In this document: piece by piece, positions 22,734-34,877 of the stretch
How positions within the stretch are numbered: the stretch's first letter is position 1
Layout: every line of letters begins with the position of its first letter
From: Massalongia carnosa
Lineage: Eukaryota
DNA length: 64,000 nucleotides
Direction: 5' to 3'
Assembly: GCA_965645245.1 (NCBI GenBank)
Contig: OZ287068.1
Location: 62,001-126,000 of the forward strand
Program-made: the position numbers and the translations under genes
Notes under the pieces: model-generated
The model's database searches: none
Told to the model about the DNA's origin: nothing
What the model saw: the letters and a program-made list of their open reading frames with translations, nothing else

Positions 22734-23890
22734 ACAGAAAAAATATGCGAGTGTAAATGATGACTACTAGCATGACTACCACAAAACACGAATGCAATAT
22801 TTATCACATGAGTTAGGATTTTCAATCATTGTAGATTTATTTTAATGACTATCACAAAGTAAAATGTAGATTATAGATAAAACATTTATTTCGTTGACGT
22901 CGAACTACCATAAAGACTATCACAAATTCATATGCTATCTTCTATCGAATATCGAAGTATGTCGCCCATACATCGCTTCCTATTCAAAACTCGTAAAGAA
23001 AGTCTCTCGCCATCTCTTCCTTTACTCTCCACCTTCTTGTCACCCCCACCCTCTCCACCCCCCACCTCTACCTCATCCTCCACCACACCCTCCTCCTCCT
23101 CCTCCTCCTCCACCTCATCCACTATACCCTCTTCCTCCTCCTCCTCCTCCACCTCATCCACCACACCCTTCTCTATCATACCCTCCTTCACCTCCTCGCT
23201 TGATGGAAGCCTACCCCTTCTTGTGCGCGTTGCAATCCTCTTATTCCTATCGCGTTGCTCGGAAATGGAGTTTCTGTTATTGTAAGTTCGTTTCTTACTT
23301 TTCTGTAGAATAATTAGCTCAAGAAGACACGAAAAGTAAGTGACTCGATGCTTACATCTCGCGCTGAGACCTGCTCAACCTGCGATGACCCGATCTGCGC
23401 TAACTGGTCCTCGTCATTGTTAGCGTCTTCTTCATCACTAATGTAGACCTTCTGAAAAACCTGTGTTAGGTCTTCATGTCGCCTTTGCATCTCATTAGTC
23501 AAATCCTCAAGACTCATGCTTTCTTCTTCTTCCAAATCTACGTGTAAACTTGCATCTGCATTCTCCTTCTGATCGTAGAAGCGAACCATCATCATCGCGG
23601 AGAATGTATCCGGATGAAAATTCTTGCGATGATCGTAAAGGACTGTAAGAGTCAGACCTGGCGATTATCAGACACCAGGCCTAGGGATATGTGACAATGT
23701 GAAGACACTAATGATTTGCTATACTAATATACTAAAAGAAGTATGTAGGTAAAGCGGAAGACTAATCGTTGAAGATTGCATCTCCCTCGAGCAGCCTCCT
23801 TATATACCCGGACCGAAGCCCTTGACCCTCTGGGCCCTTGATACTGTAACTATCTTGACCGCCCATTACTCCTACCGGATAAGCCGGCTA

Positions 23891-24005
23891 AACACTCTGC
23901 TGACAGCATCGTGGACACTGTGCTGACTGTATCGTAGACACTGTGCTGACTGTATCGTAGACACTGTGCTGACTGTATCGTGGACACTGTGCTGACTGTA
24001 TCGTA
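23891..24005. repeat. 23-bp tandem repeat (4 copies plus 1 degenerate) inside the Gypsy-2 LTR; same array at 29973-30087
   Basis: Unit GACACTGTGCTGACTGTATCGT(A/G). Confidence 0.9.
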
Positions 24006-24665
24006 CCATCCGCTCACTAATCGTACGAGCATCCTCGTATATCTCGATCGCTCGTACTATACTCTCGGCAGTAGATACCAGCCGCGTAACGCAGACCAAC
24101 TGCTTTCCATATGACTAAGCCTAGCCGTAGAACTAAGCCCCGCTTAGTTAGCTTAGCCCTTATTCCTTCTATGCCCTGACAATTGCCTCCTCTCCTATAG
24201 TGCTGGTCCTCCAGCACGTACAGTACTCGAACGCGGAAGGGAGTGTGTAGGGACGTGATAGAAGATGTCGCGTAGATAGCAAGTTTTTTGTGTAGAAAGC
24301 GCGAATACCTGGCGCTTGACGTAGGTAGATGTAAATATCACTAGCTTCTCGGTAATGCTGGGTCGCCGATGCCGCTCCGAGCGCTAGAAGTAGCGGAGAA
24401 GGGGACGATGGCGATTAGCAGCAGAGATCCGAGCTCGGTAACGCTAGCGTTGGTGGTTTGTTGATTTAGGTGAAGACGGTGAGGAGTACGAGATTGTTGT
24501 CTCCGAAAGCTCCTCCAGCGAGAGTCTCAAGGATAAAAAGGGTGATGAGGAGTCGGACGAGGAAGTAGAAGATACTGATGGTGATGATGAGGTGCCGGAC
24601 GAGAAAGCAGAAGGTTCCGATGGTGATGAGATGGCGAATAAGAAGGGTTTCGCTGGATTCAGCGA

Positions 24666-27600
24666 GTAACCTGTAGTTTCTTGATTCGCCTGCGCTTTGC
24701 TTTCGGCTTTGCATCGAAATCCTGCTTCAGTTCTAAGGCTCCATCCAGATCTTTCTCTGGTACCCACTCATCATATTCTTCAGGGTATCCTACCTATTTT
24801 ACCTTATAGAATATTTCCCCTTTCTCAGACCTTCTACCTATAATTTCTTCCACTTCCCATTCCTGTTCATCGTTAATAATTTCAGGTGGGGGTAGAAACG
24901 GTATATGCTCTTGACCATCTCTTCGCTTGTAAGGTTCTAGGTAAGAGACATGAAAGACCGGGTGAATTCTATAAGTCGTAGGAAGAGCAAGACGATACGC
25001 CTGCTTGCCGACTGCTTCTAGAATGCGAAAAGGACCTAAAAACTTATGTGAAAGTTTCTTACTAGGCCTTTTTTGTTTTAGATTCTTGGCAGATAACATT
25101 ACCAAGTCCCCTTCATTGAAATCTTTCTCAAGATGTTTCCTGTTGTAGTACTTGGCCTGCGCTTCGGATACGCTTTTCCAGCGTGCCTCTAAAGAATACC
25201 TGAACTCGTGTAATTGCTTTACTCGTTCTTTCGCAGCGGGCACCCTCTCCACAGCGACGTCGTCCCCGACTTCGTAGCGAATCTCCGGGTTATAGCCGTA
25301 CATACAATAAAAGGGGCTGCACCCAAGCGTACTTTGATAACTGACTTGGTAGACAAATTGTGCTAGGGGCAATAGTGCCACCCAGTTGGATTGATTGTCA
25401 GTGCAGTAAACTCTCAAATAGTGTTCAAGGTCTGGTTTTGTCGTTCGGTTTGGCCATCAGTTTGAGGGTGAAAGGCCGTGCTAAGCCGGCGTTTCGTCTT
25501 TAAATGAAAACAAATTTCTGACCAGTACTCACTGGTAAAGACCGACCCTCTATCCGATACTATGCCCTCAGGAGTGCCGAACTGTAATACTACCGATTCA
25601 AACAGAATTTCTGCAAGGTCCACTGCATTGATTTTTTTCGTAACCGGGATATATAGCGCCATTTTGGTATATCTATCCACAATTACTAGGCACGAGTCAT
25701 AAACCCGGCCGAAACGCTTGCTAGGTGGAAACCCAGTTATGAAATCCATAGTGATTTCTTTCCAAGGACCGGAAGGACGTGGAAGCGATTGCATAACCCC
25801 GTAAGGTCGGTGCCTAGGCGCCTTCGTCCTTTGACAAATGTCGCAGGATTCCATGTACTTCTTCACAGTCTTGTTAAGTCCTTTCCAATAGTATTTGCGG
25901 GTAAGCAACTCAGCTGTTTTCTCCGCACCAAAATGACCCGCGAGCTCGTCGTCATGATGACGCCGCAACAGCTCCGCACGAATAGATTCTTCATCGGGCA
26001 CGTAAATTCTGCCACGATGATTGAGAAGATCATTGCTATCTATAGTCCAAATTGCTTCGGGGGAGCGACCACCCTTGCGCTTCAAAGACTTAGCAACGGT
26101 CTCTCGCCTGCTAGACACGAATGCGTCTTTCCCCTGTAGCGCCTTGATGAGTTCAAGCACTGACTTGGAAGCACTTTCCAAAGGCTTTTCTTCATCTGAT
26201 AAGGCAACAGCTACAGCCCGGGGAATACATTGCGTCAAGCCGACTTCAAAAGTATCACTCTCTTCGTCAAGAGAAGTAATTGATTTAGAGGTTTCACCCT
26301 CTAAATTCTCCAGGGGTTCAATCCCGGACGAAGCTATCTTTGAGCGAAGATCATACCTAAGTGCGGCAAGCACCGTACGAATCCCCGGCGTATAACCTAC
26401 GCATAAGGAATCTATTTTGCTCAGCTTCTTTTGAAGAGTTGGCAACAATCTCGTCACCTCGGTGTTGATGCTCTGATAATCAGGGCGCCTAGACGGTGCA
26501 TCGGCAGGATTGGTCTTTCCCGAGCGATGCATGATTACGAAATCATAAGCGGCTAACTTCATAGCCCATCGCGCTTGCCGACCACTCAACACCTTAATAT
26601 TCATAAAACCCCTCAAATTGTTGTGGTCTGTCAGGACCTCAACGGGGTGCAGGCTACCCTCCAGGTAATGCCTCCAGTGTTTAAAACACATCACAATGGC
26701 CAGCAACTCTTGATCATGGGTTTCATAGTTGCGCTCGGCCGGTATCATCTTCCGCGAGTAGAAAGCGACGGGATGCCATTGTCCATCCTTCTGCAACTGG
26801 GAGATAATGCCAGAGATTCCGAAATCCGATGCATCGGTCTCTAGGCGAATGAGCAGTTCTGGATCGAAGTGAACCAAGATGGGCGCGCCCTGAAAGGCTT
26901 CTTTCAGCTTGCTAACCGCTTCCGCTCCTTCGGCCGTAAGATAAAAAGTACCCCTTTTTATCCCAGCCTGCATGCCTTTCAGCATGTCAGTCAATGGCCT
27001 AGTGATTTGAGAATAATGACGTATGAAACGTCGATAGAAATTGGCGAATCCTAGAAAGACCTGAATGTCTCGAAAGGACTGAAGTGCAGGCCAATCCCGC
27101 ACGGTTTCAACCCGGCGTGGATCCATGGAGATACCATCGCTGCTAATGATAAACCCTAGATATTCCACGGCCGGAGCAAAGAACTCGCACTTTTTAAGAT
27201 TTGCATAGAGATCGTGTTTCCTTAGACGACGTAACACCTCTTTAACATGCTCCACATGGCTGGTTCTATCTTTGGAAAATACCAATATATCGTCCAGATA
27301 GACTACGCAGAAAACATCCACGATCCCAGATAAAGCTTTATTGATATAAGCTTGAAAAGTTGCAGGGGCGTTGGCTAATCCAAAAGGCATAACCATATAC
27401 TCGTAGTGTCCGTAACGGGATCGAAATGCCGTCTTCCACTCGTCGCCCTTGCGGATTCGGAGACGATGATAAGCATCTCGCAAATCCATTTTGGTAAAAT
27501 AGGAACACCCGTTTAACTGATCCAGTATCTGCGTGATAAGAGGGAGCGGATGACGATTCTTTTTGGTCACCTTATTCAATCCTCGATAGTCAACGCAGAG

Positions 27601-28420
27601 GCGCAGAGTACCGTCCTTCTTAGGCACAAATAGTATTGGTGCACCTGCAGAACTGGTGGAGTGCCGGATCCAACCCTTCGCCAGGGCGTCGTCAAGATAT
27701 TCCCGAAGAGTCTTAAGCTCCGTATTCGATAAGTTGTATAAAGGACCATAAGGTGGATCACCGCCTTCTAAATCGATAGCGTGGTCACAGTCCTTGTGCG
27801 TAGCTAATTGATTGGCTCTGTCCTTAGAAAAAACATCCTGGAATTCAGCAAATTCCACAGGTATCCCCTGCGTTTCGTTGGTGTTCCGGCTGTTGTTCTC
27901 ATCAACAGCGCCAACATTAACAGGTTGTCTTTCGGAAGAAGGTGCAATGGGTTGAGCCACTATAGCATAGAGTGGTGCCCCGGAATCCAGGGTCTTCGCA
28001 AACTGTTTAGGCTTGCACAACTCGAACATATCAGACTGAAAGCCATAACGCCAGCGCTTCGCTCCATAATCGATTACGATACCCAGCTGTTTGAGACCAG
28101 GGAGACCCAACACCAAGTCAGGGCCCTGTTTGTCAATTGCGTAAAACACGCTGGTAAAGGTGCGCTGTCGCTGCCAAGTATCCTCGAGAGCAATTACTAC
28201 CTCATAAGCTCCATAGCAGTAAACCTCTTTACCATCCATGAATTGAGGAGCAGGTAGTTCGCTTTCAATAGGTCTAAGATCTGAAGCGACGGCGAATCCC
28301 TGATTAATCACATTAATCTCGGCTGCTCCATCAAGCAACACTGTCGCCGGGTATTTTTGGACTCCCCTCGTTATAGTCCCCTCAGGAATTAGGCTTGGCT
28401 CGCTTTCTACTGATCGTTTC
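24666..28420 (-). pseudogene. Gypsy-2 pol (PR-RT-RH-IN-chromodomain) with a frameshift at ~25415 and a stop in the chromodomain (3' end approximate)
   Basis: LRLCVDYRGLN, YLDDIL, LETDASD, HHDDELAGH...CDIC, TMDFIT, HPQTDGQTER, GPF motif. WEVEEI...YKVK*VGYPEEYDEWV, with TAG where Trp is expected. Slippery G GGA AAC at 28422-28416. Confidence 0.92.
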
Positions 28421-29648
28421 CCTCCATCGGCTGGCGAGCTTTCCGTGGAGGTTTGGCTTTTCCCGACTTTGCGACGGCGTTCACACCGTGCTTCGGCTCC
28501 TTGTCGTCTTTAGGAGGGTTGGGACACTTGTTGGCGTAGTGACCCTGTTCTCCGCAGCGATAACATGTCACCTCGTCGGTACTTTCCTTTGTCTCAGCAT
28601 GCTTTCTTTTCTGACCCCTTTTACCGTCTTTCGTAGGTTTTGGTTTGTCAGTGTCCTTTATCTCCTCGTTCCTCTTATCTCTATGTGATTTAGTGCGAGG
28701 GGGGTGAGAACCATTTGGACGCTCATGCTTCGACGTCGTTAAGACATCGTTTTCTCTTTTCTGATTGTTTTCCAGCCTACTGGCCAGAGTCACCAGAGCT
28801 TCTCTAGTCCTTGGAATATTCTGATAGTTGCCTATAGCTGCTCTAATAGACGGCCGCAACTTAGTAAACAGATGAGTCGCTCTTTGTTCTTCGGTATAGG
28901 AGGGCAACTGGTCCTCGAGGCTACTCAAGTGCGCCTCGAAAGCTCTTACCGTTTGCTTCTCTCCTTGCTTGGCTTCGGCAAATAATTGGGCCATATGCAG
29001 ACCTCGATTAACTGGGTCCTCGACAATATTTAACAAGAATTTCAAGTACTCTTCGAAGGTATAATTTTGCATTTCACCGTCTGCCTCATATCGATGCCAA
29101 GCTTCCTTAGGCTCCCCTTCCAGCGATTGCATTGCGAAAGCGATCTTGGATTCATCATCTGGGAAATCCTCTTTTGCCACGCGAAACGCCACTCTGCAGT
29201 TCCGCTCATAATCCAGATGTTCCTTGACCGTTTTTCCATGATAGGGACTGACTTTCTCGGGTCTAGCAGCGCGTCTCCTGTAAACAACAACAGGTACTGA
29301 CTGGCTACTCGTCATCTCTACATTGTCGTCAGAACGAGGGTTAATGGCTCCTCTCATTACCGGTTCCTTGGATGATCCGGTAGGGTTTGGAGGTTTCGAA
29401 GGCTTTTGAGTTTGTTCTTGCAGTTGCTCAATACTGGCTTTCAAATTCCTCAGACGTACTTCCTTCTTAAGTTCGCTACGCCTGCGCTCAGCTTGCGCTA
29501 TCTGTTCGTCCAACGTCAGGGGTTGAATGGGTTCGACTACTTTTTCCATTGGGGTCAGGGCTCCTCTTCCAGGGCCCTCAGAATCCGAAAGTTCTTCGAT
29601 CCGCTCCTCCGGCATCATGGTATCAGAGGCAACTTCTTGCGCGGACAT
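28407..29648 (-). CDS. Gypsy-2 gag
   Basis: AKQGEKQTVRAF gag motif and CYRCGEQGHYANKC zinc knuckle. Confidence 0.92.
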   Translation of the reverse strand: MSAQEVASDTMMPEERIEELSDSEGPGRGALTPMEKVVEPIQPLTLDEQIAQAERRRSELKKEVRLRNLKASIEQLQEQTQKPSKPPNPTGSSKEPVMRGAINPRSDDNVEMTSSQSVPVVVYRRRAARPEKVSPYHGKTVKEHLDYERNCRVAFRVAKEDFPDDESKIAFAMQSLEGEPKEAWHRYEADGEMQNYTFEEYLKFLLNIVEDPVNRGLHMAQLFAEAKQGEKQTVRAFEAHLSSLEDQLPSYTEEQRATHLFTKLRPSIRAAIGNYQNIPRTREALVTLASRLENNQKRENDVLTTSKHERPNGSHPPRTKSHRDKRNEEIKDTDKPKPTKDGKRGQKRKHAETKESTDEVTCYRCGEQGHYANKCPNPPKDDKEPKHGVNAVAKSGKAKPPRKARQPMEGNDQ

Positions 29649-32600
29649 GGCGGGACGATAGTGTATAGAAGGTGTATAAATGTGTCAACGGATCGTCACT
29701 CCTTGAAGGATAGAACGATTAGAATTGTAAGAGTCAGACCTGGCGATTATCAGACACCAGGCCTAGGGATATGTGACAATGTGAAGACACTAATGATTTG
29801 CTATACTAATATACTAAAAGAAGTATGTAGGTAAAGCGGAAGACTAATCGTTGAAGATTGCATCTCCCTCGAGCAGCCTCCTTATATACCCGGACCGAAG
29901 CCCTTGACCCTCTGGGCCCTTGATACTGTAACTATCTTGACCGCCCATTACTCCTACCGGATAAGCCGGCTAAACACTCTGCTGACAGCATCGTGGACAC
30001 TGTGCTGACTGTATCGTAGACACTGTGCTGACTGTATCGTAGACACTGTGCTGACTGTATCGTGGACACTGTGCTGACTGTATCGTACCATCCGCTCACT
30101 AATCGTACGAGCATCCTCGTATATCTCGATCGCTCGTACTATACTCTCGGCAGTAGATACCAGCCGCGTAACGCAGACCAACTGCTTTCCATATGACTAA
30201 GCCTAGCCGTAGAACTAAGCCCCGCTTAGTTAGCTTAGCCCTTATTCCTTCTATGCCCTGACAAGGACTCCCGCAACGCTAAAAACGCGCTCACATCCAA
30301 CGCCAGCGGCTGGTACAGCAAGGATGTCCCTGGCAACCATACTCATTTGTGGAAATTCCGGCTCGAGATCTTTCCACTGTTGTAGAATAGGACCCGAACG
30401 ATCATGCATCGCTGTGTATTGTAAATAAGTTGAACACAATGAGAAAGGACCTGATTTATTGTATCAGTTAACCTACCTCGCTGACGATAGCAGTTGAACT
30501 CGTCATCTAGAGCGAGCGGAGTAGCATTATTCGTACTCAGAAGAAGATCCAGATTATTCAAGTCTCGAATGACCGCGACATTACGCCCGCGTACTTGTGA
30601 GGTTTGAGAATTCTCGTAGATATCGAATTCCGCTTCCAGAGATTGCCAATATTGATCTTCCCATCGACTTTCCCCATAGGGCGCATCCCAATTGGGACCC
30701 TTGAAAATTAGGTCCTTCTTATTGGGAGATAGCAATGCCGCCTTTCCATATAGATAACCTAATAACCCCTGACTTTTAGAATAGTATTGACGTAATTTCG
30801 TTGCAGCCGCCTCGATGCCATTCAATAGCGCACGTTTCCACGATACTCGCTTACGAGATAATCTTGCGCGAGCTTGATCCAGATGATCGAACAGCTTATT
30901 GTAGATCTCGAACACCTGATGAATGGTCGCTTGCTTTGATTGACCAATCATCTTTGTGAAGACGCAGAATAGCTTCGTTTAAATCGATAAGATATTCTAT
31001 CTGTGACCATTCCACGTCGAGCAATCTCAAATACTCGGCTTCATGTTTATCATGATATCTATTCAGCGCTTGTCGCAACTTGAGCGCTCGAATTAACATG
31101 TGACATGTGGAGTCCCATCGAGTATTTACATCCTGAAAAAGGTTAAGTACTGTACCGCTGACCGAGTTTCCAGTGCGTCTCTCTTCGTCATTCAATGCTC
31201 GTTGAACAGCGTAGAAGTTCTCCTTACGTAAATTGCTACTGTTAATGTAAACAGCTAATGCTCGAACCTAATCGAAATTTAGAACGACTACCACAACGAC
31301 TATCACAAAATAAATCTTGCCTTAGCTAGCTTAAGGGGAACTCCAGGTGTCGGGTTTTCGAAATCCAGTCTATCTTGCTTATCATCCCAGCTAGTTTTGA
31401 AATCGGCATTTTTGGGATTAATGTGAATACACCCAAGTAGCTGTTTCACGGCAAGTTGAATTACATGCGATAAACAAGGCACTCGCTGTATCTCATTAGC
31501 ATCAGTGTGTAGAAGTGCCAAGGCTCGATTGCTTCGTATCATTCGTCGCAACTCATCTACCATCGTTGTGTTATTAGATGCACTGTCCGTGGTTAATGCC
31601 AAAACACGATCTTCAATAGAATATCTAATTAAAACGCTGTTCAATACTTCAGCAAGTTTTATTCCCGTGTGTGAGCCTTCAACGTGTTCGAAGGCAAGAA
31701 GCACTTCGTGATAATTCCATTTATCGTCAATGAAGTAAGCATTGATGGCCAGATAACCTTGACGATTAAATGACGACCAACAATCCAAAGCCAGAGAGAC
31801 CTTTGAACTACCCCTAGGTAGCCTCTCGAGCAAAAGCGGAATAATCTCTTGACTTCGGGTCATCAAGCGATTCTTGATTGTCGATGGTGAAGGAAACTGT
31901 ACATTATCGAGCAGACAGTTGAACGCTCTTTGCAATTCGACATTGGCGGCACTTCGTAACGGTAGCCCAAGAGCAACAATCATACGAAGCAATTGAGGCG
32001 TGAAATCATCCTTTTTTAGTCTACGCCCGTTGAGAGTTAAGGCCTCTTGTCTTTTTGCTTCAATCTAATATTGATTAGCAAAGCACGTAATGTGGTAGTC
32101 ATTGTGGTAGTCATACTTCGGCACGATATCCAACCTTTAAGGAAAGTTGCTTCATTCCTTTCAATGTCGACGTCTTTTTACAGGACTCGGAATTTATGTG
32201 ATTAGTCATGCAGTTATTTCCGGAGCCCAGTGAGGGAGGATTCAAGACCAGGGAGCATCGCGAGCAGATTATTTTGGGATTACCATCGCCCACAGTGGCG
32301 CCTTCCTGAAACTCTTTCCATTCCGCCGCCTTTCTTTTGGTCGATCCCCAATCGATCTTCTTCATCGCCTTTCTACTCTTCTCTTCATTAGCAACATGCC
32401 ATCTCGTACTTCGCCACCATTCCATAAACTCCTGGCTCTTCTCGGCCACATATGCGTAGCATCTGGTGGGTTTGCCCACAACTTGAAGATCGTATATCTC
32501 TGAATCTATCATCTGCGAGCTTCCCATTGTTGCGAATGACGAGGATTGTATATATAGGAATGTATATACAGGATGTAACATTAGGAATGTAGCTGTAGGA

Positions 32601-34877
32601 ATGTAACTTCATTGACTAGATTATGCTGCGATAAAGCATTAATAACTACGTTTACGTTCTAAACACTCAGTTAAATCCAACGCATGCATACATATTCCAC
32701 CTAAACTAGCCAACCAAACCTAGTCATACTGAACCTAACCATACCCAACCTAACCTAGTTGCCACGCGCGACCACTGATAACCTGTCTGCTTGTCTGTTT
32801 GCTTTTAGATATGGCACCGAAGACTCCGCGCAAGCGTACGCGCAAACCTGCGCGAATTCCAAACCGAACACTCGACAGAATACCCGGACCAGGTGCCAGA
32901 ACTGATGCGATAAGAAAACCAACCACCAGGAAGAGTATGCCTGGTGGTAAGTAGATGGTATAGTTGAGAATACATAAGATACTAACGCCGATCGCCACGT
33001 TGATAAGTCAAGGTCCATTACTAAGCATGTGATTTGGGTAACCCAATGAAAACCCAACCCGAACCCAACCCAACCCAACAATAACCCAACCCGAACCCAA
33101 CCCATCCCATTCCGCGGCGTATTTATACCGCATTTAACTCATTGCATGCAACCATTGGATGTGGGCGTATTTCAGCCTTATAAGCATTGGCATTGCAAAG
33201 CTATTGAGGAAGTCGTTGCGTCGTCATTTGTCGAGTATTCTCTGTCTCAATTTATACAGGACTTGACCAAAATCAGAAATCATACATTCAAGACTTCTAC
33301 GATTCGGTATGCATTTGAAAAGTCGGGAATGTGGCCGATTGATCCAAAGGCATGCATTCGTCAGCTGAAAAATTTCAATCCCAATGATCCCAATGATTCA
33401 TTAAACAGTCTGAATACGAATAATGAGCCCTCATTACCTCTACCCCCACCTCGTCAAATCCAACAGACAAAAGTAGCTGACATTGAGTATGGTTTGAGTC
33501 AATGGGGACCGAAAATCAGAAAATCCATGCAATGGAGTGATCCCGCTCGGGCTGAGGAATGGGACTCATTTGTAGACAATACAAATGAAGTTGTTTCGAA
33601 TACGATTATCGATGGCATGGAGCTGGAAATGCATCGAGAATCAAGAAGATGTCAGTTAAATAACAGTCGAATGTCTCGTAAACGTCTGAGACCAGAAACC
33701 GGAAGATTGGGAATCACAGCGGAAGATGCAAAGCAGGCTATAGCTATCAGACTACAACAGGATCAAGAGGCTGAGGAGAAACGAGCGAATAATAGCTTCA
33801 TGAAGCTATGGCGAATAGAAAGAGACGAAATGCATGTCAAGGGATAGGCTGCTCGAAAAACAGAAAGAGATCGAGTCAAACAGCTGAAAGAAATGCAGAA
33901 AATGCTCGGTCCCATTCCAATTGAGATGTATGAGAAGATTCCTGACCCCGAGGCATTATGGAAGGCCACGAATGAGGTATGGATAGCTGAGCAAGCGAAG
34001 AAGGAAATTAGAAAGAATCCGCGTGACAATGTCAATGAGGAAGATGTCACTTTTATTGTAGATAGCACTGGTCATGGAGATAATTCAATCCTTCCAGATC
34101 TTCAAGAAGGAGAAACATGGCTACGAGATCATTTCGTATCTTTCGATTTGGAAGAATCATTGAAAGAATTCGATTTAGAAGCATCTTTTCAACCAGGAGA
34201 TGCGAATAATTGGTAGAATGCGGGGTATGCGGGGTATGCGGAGTAAGCGGAGAATCAGGAGGGTCGGAGGGTCAGGGGGGTCAAGGGAAATGATTTTGAC
34301 GACGGTGATGATGACGGCGATGATTTTCAAGCTATGTACGGTAGCGACTGCTTTTTAATCAATGTGGTTGTTGGTCAATGATCAAAAAGATGAAGAAATT
34401 TGAATTTGAGGGGATGCAACCGCTTTCCCCGACTAAAATGCGGTCGACATTTTTTCAAGTCGGATCCCGGAGGTAAGCGAGCCGACGATTAATGGTTGAA
34501 AGTAAGTTTCGTTGATTGATTGATTGATTGATTGATTCATACACCGATCCAAGGGCCGAAGGCCCTTATGCGGGAGTGCTAAACTACATCGGGGGGTGTC
34601 CCAGGGGATGGGTATCTAAGTCTGCTGAGGGCAGAATTGCTGCACTAAGCGCTGAAAGTACAAAAAATACAAAAACTCTTTTAGCTGTACGAGGGGTTGT
34701 GAATGCAAGGAAGAGGGAAAAGAAGACACGAACAGAGGGACAAACCGCTTGAGACAAATCGATAAATAGAACTCCAACGCCACCCTCCTGGGCCCCTGTG
34801 CTTGGTGTTGATACATGCAAGCCCTACCATGGTAGAGACTATTCTGTGAGCGGGATAAAACAAGAGCCGGCCTGCCG

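Larger units (their letters stand above)
23644..30263 (-). mobile_element. Ty3/Gypsy chromovirus (Gypsy-2)
   Basis: 538-bp LTRs at 23644-24181 and 29726-30263 with no differences seen by eye. TSD AGGAC at 23639-23643 and 30264-30268. Confidence 0.97.
22928..32527 (-). pseudogene. hAT transposase (multi-exon), interrupted by Gypsy-2
   Basis: BED-like CSRC...H. SLALDCWS, LTTDSASNN, PCLSHVIQLAV, DVNTRWDST. Dimerisation motif ARDILAVPAAGVGCERVFSVAGVL|YDHRKNFHPDTFSAMM rejoined across the Gypsy TSD. Acidic tail exon extends to 22928. Confidence 0.9.
22556..33121 (-). mobile_element. hAT DNA transposon
   Basis: TIR TACGCCGCGGAATGGG / CCCATTCCGCGGCGTA. 8-bp TSD TTTATACC at 22548-22555 and 33122-33129. 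Subterminal (GGGTT)n repeats at both ends. Confidence 0.95.
21703..34216 (+). pseudogene. Pogo/Fot1 DDE_1 transposase, split by the hAT insertion (21703-22555 and 33130-34216), with stops and frameshifts
   Basis: ILNFDEAGF and LLLMDNHGSH; PFPFIP|HLTHCMQPLDVGVFQPYK is restored across the hAT TSD. In-frame TAG at 22096-22098 and 33845-33847. Confidence 0.9.
15449..34489 (+). mobile_element. Pogo/Fot1-type Tc1/mariner DNA transposon, expanded to 19 kb by nested insertions
   Basis: Long (~170 bp) TIRs starting ATCGTCGGCTCGCTTACC. Left TIR 15449-15532 continues at 21492-~21576; right TIR ~34320-34489. TA on both sides (15447-15448, 34490-34491). Confidence 0.92.

Noticed and set aside
22894..23313. 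Poly-Pro and poly-Ser plus-strand ORFs
   Set aside because: They are the antisense of the Glu-rich last exon of the hAT transposase.
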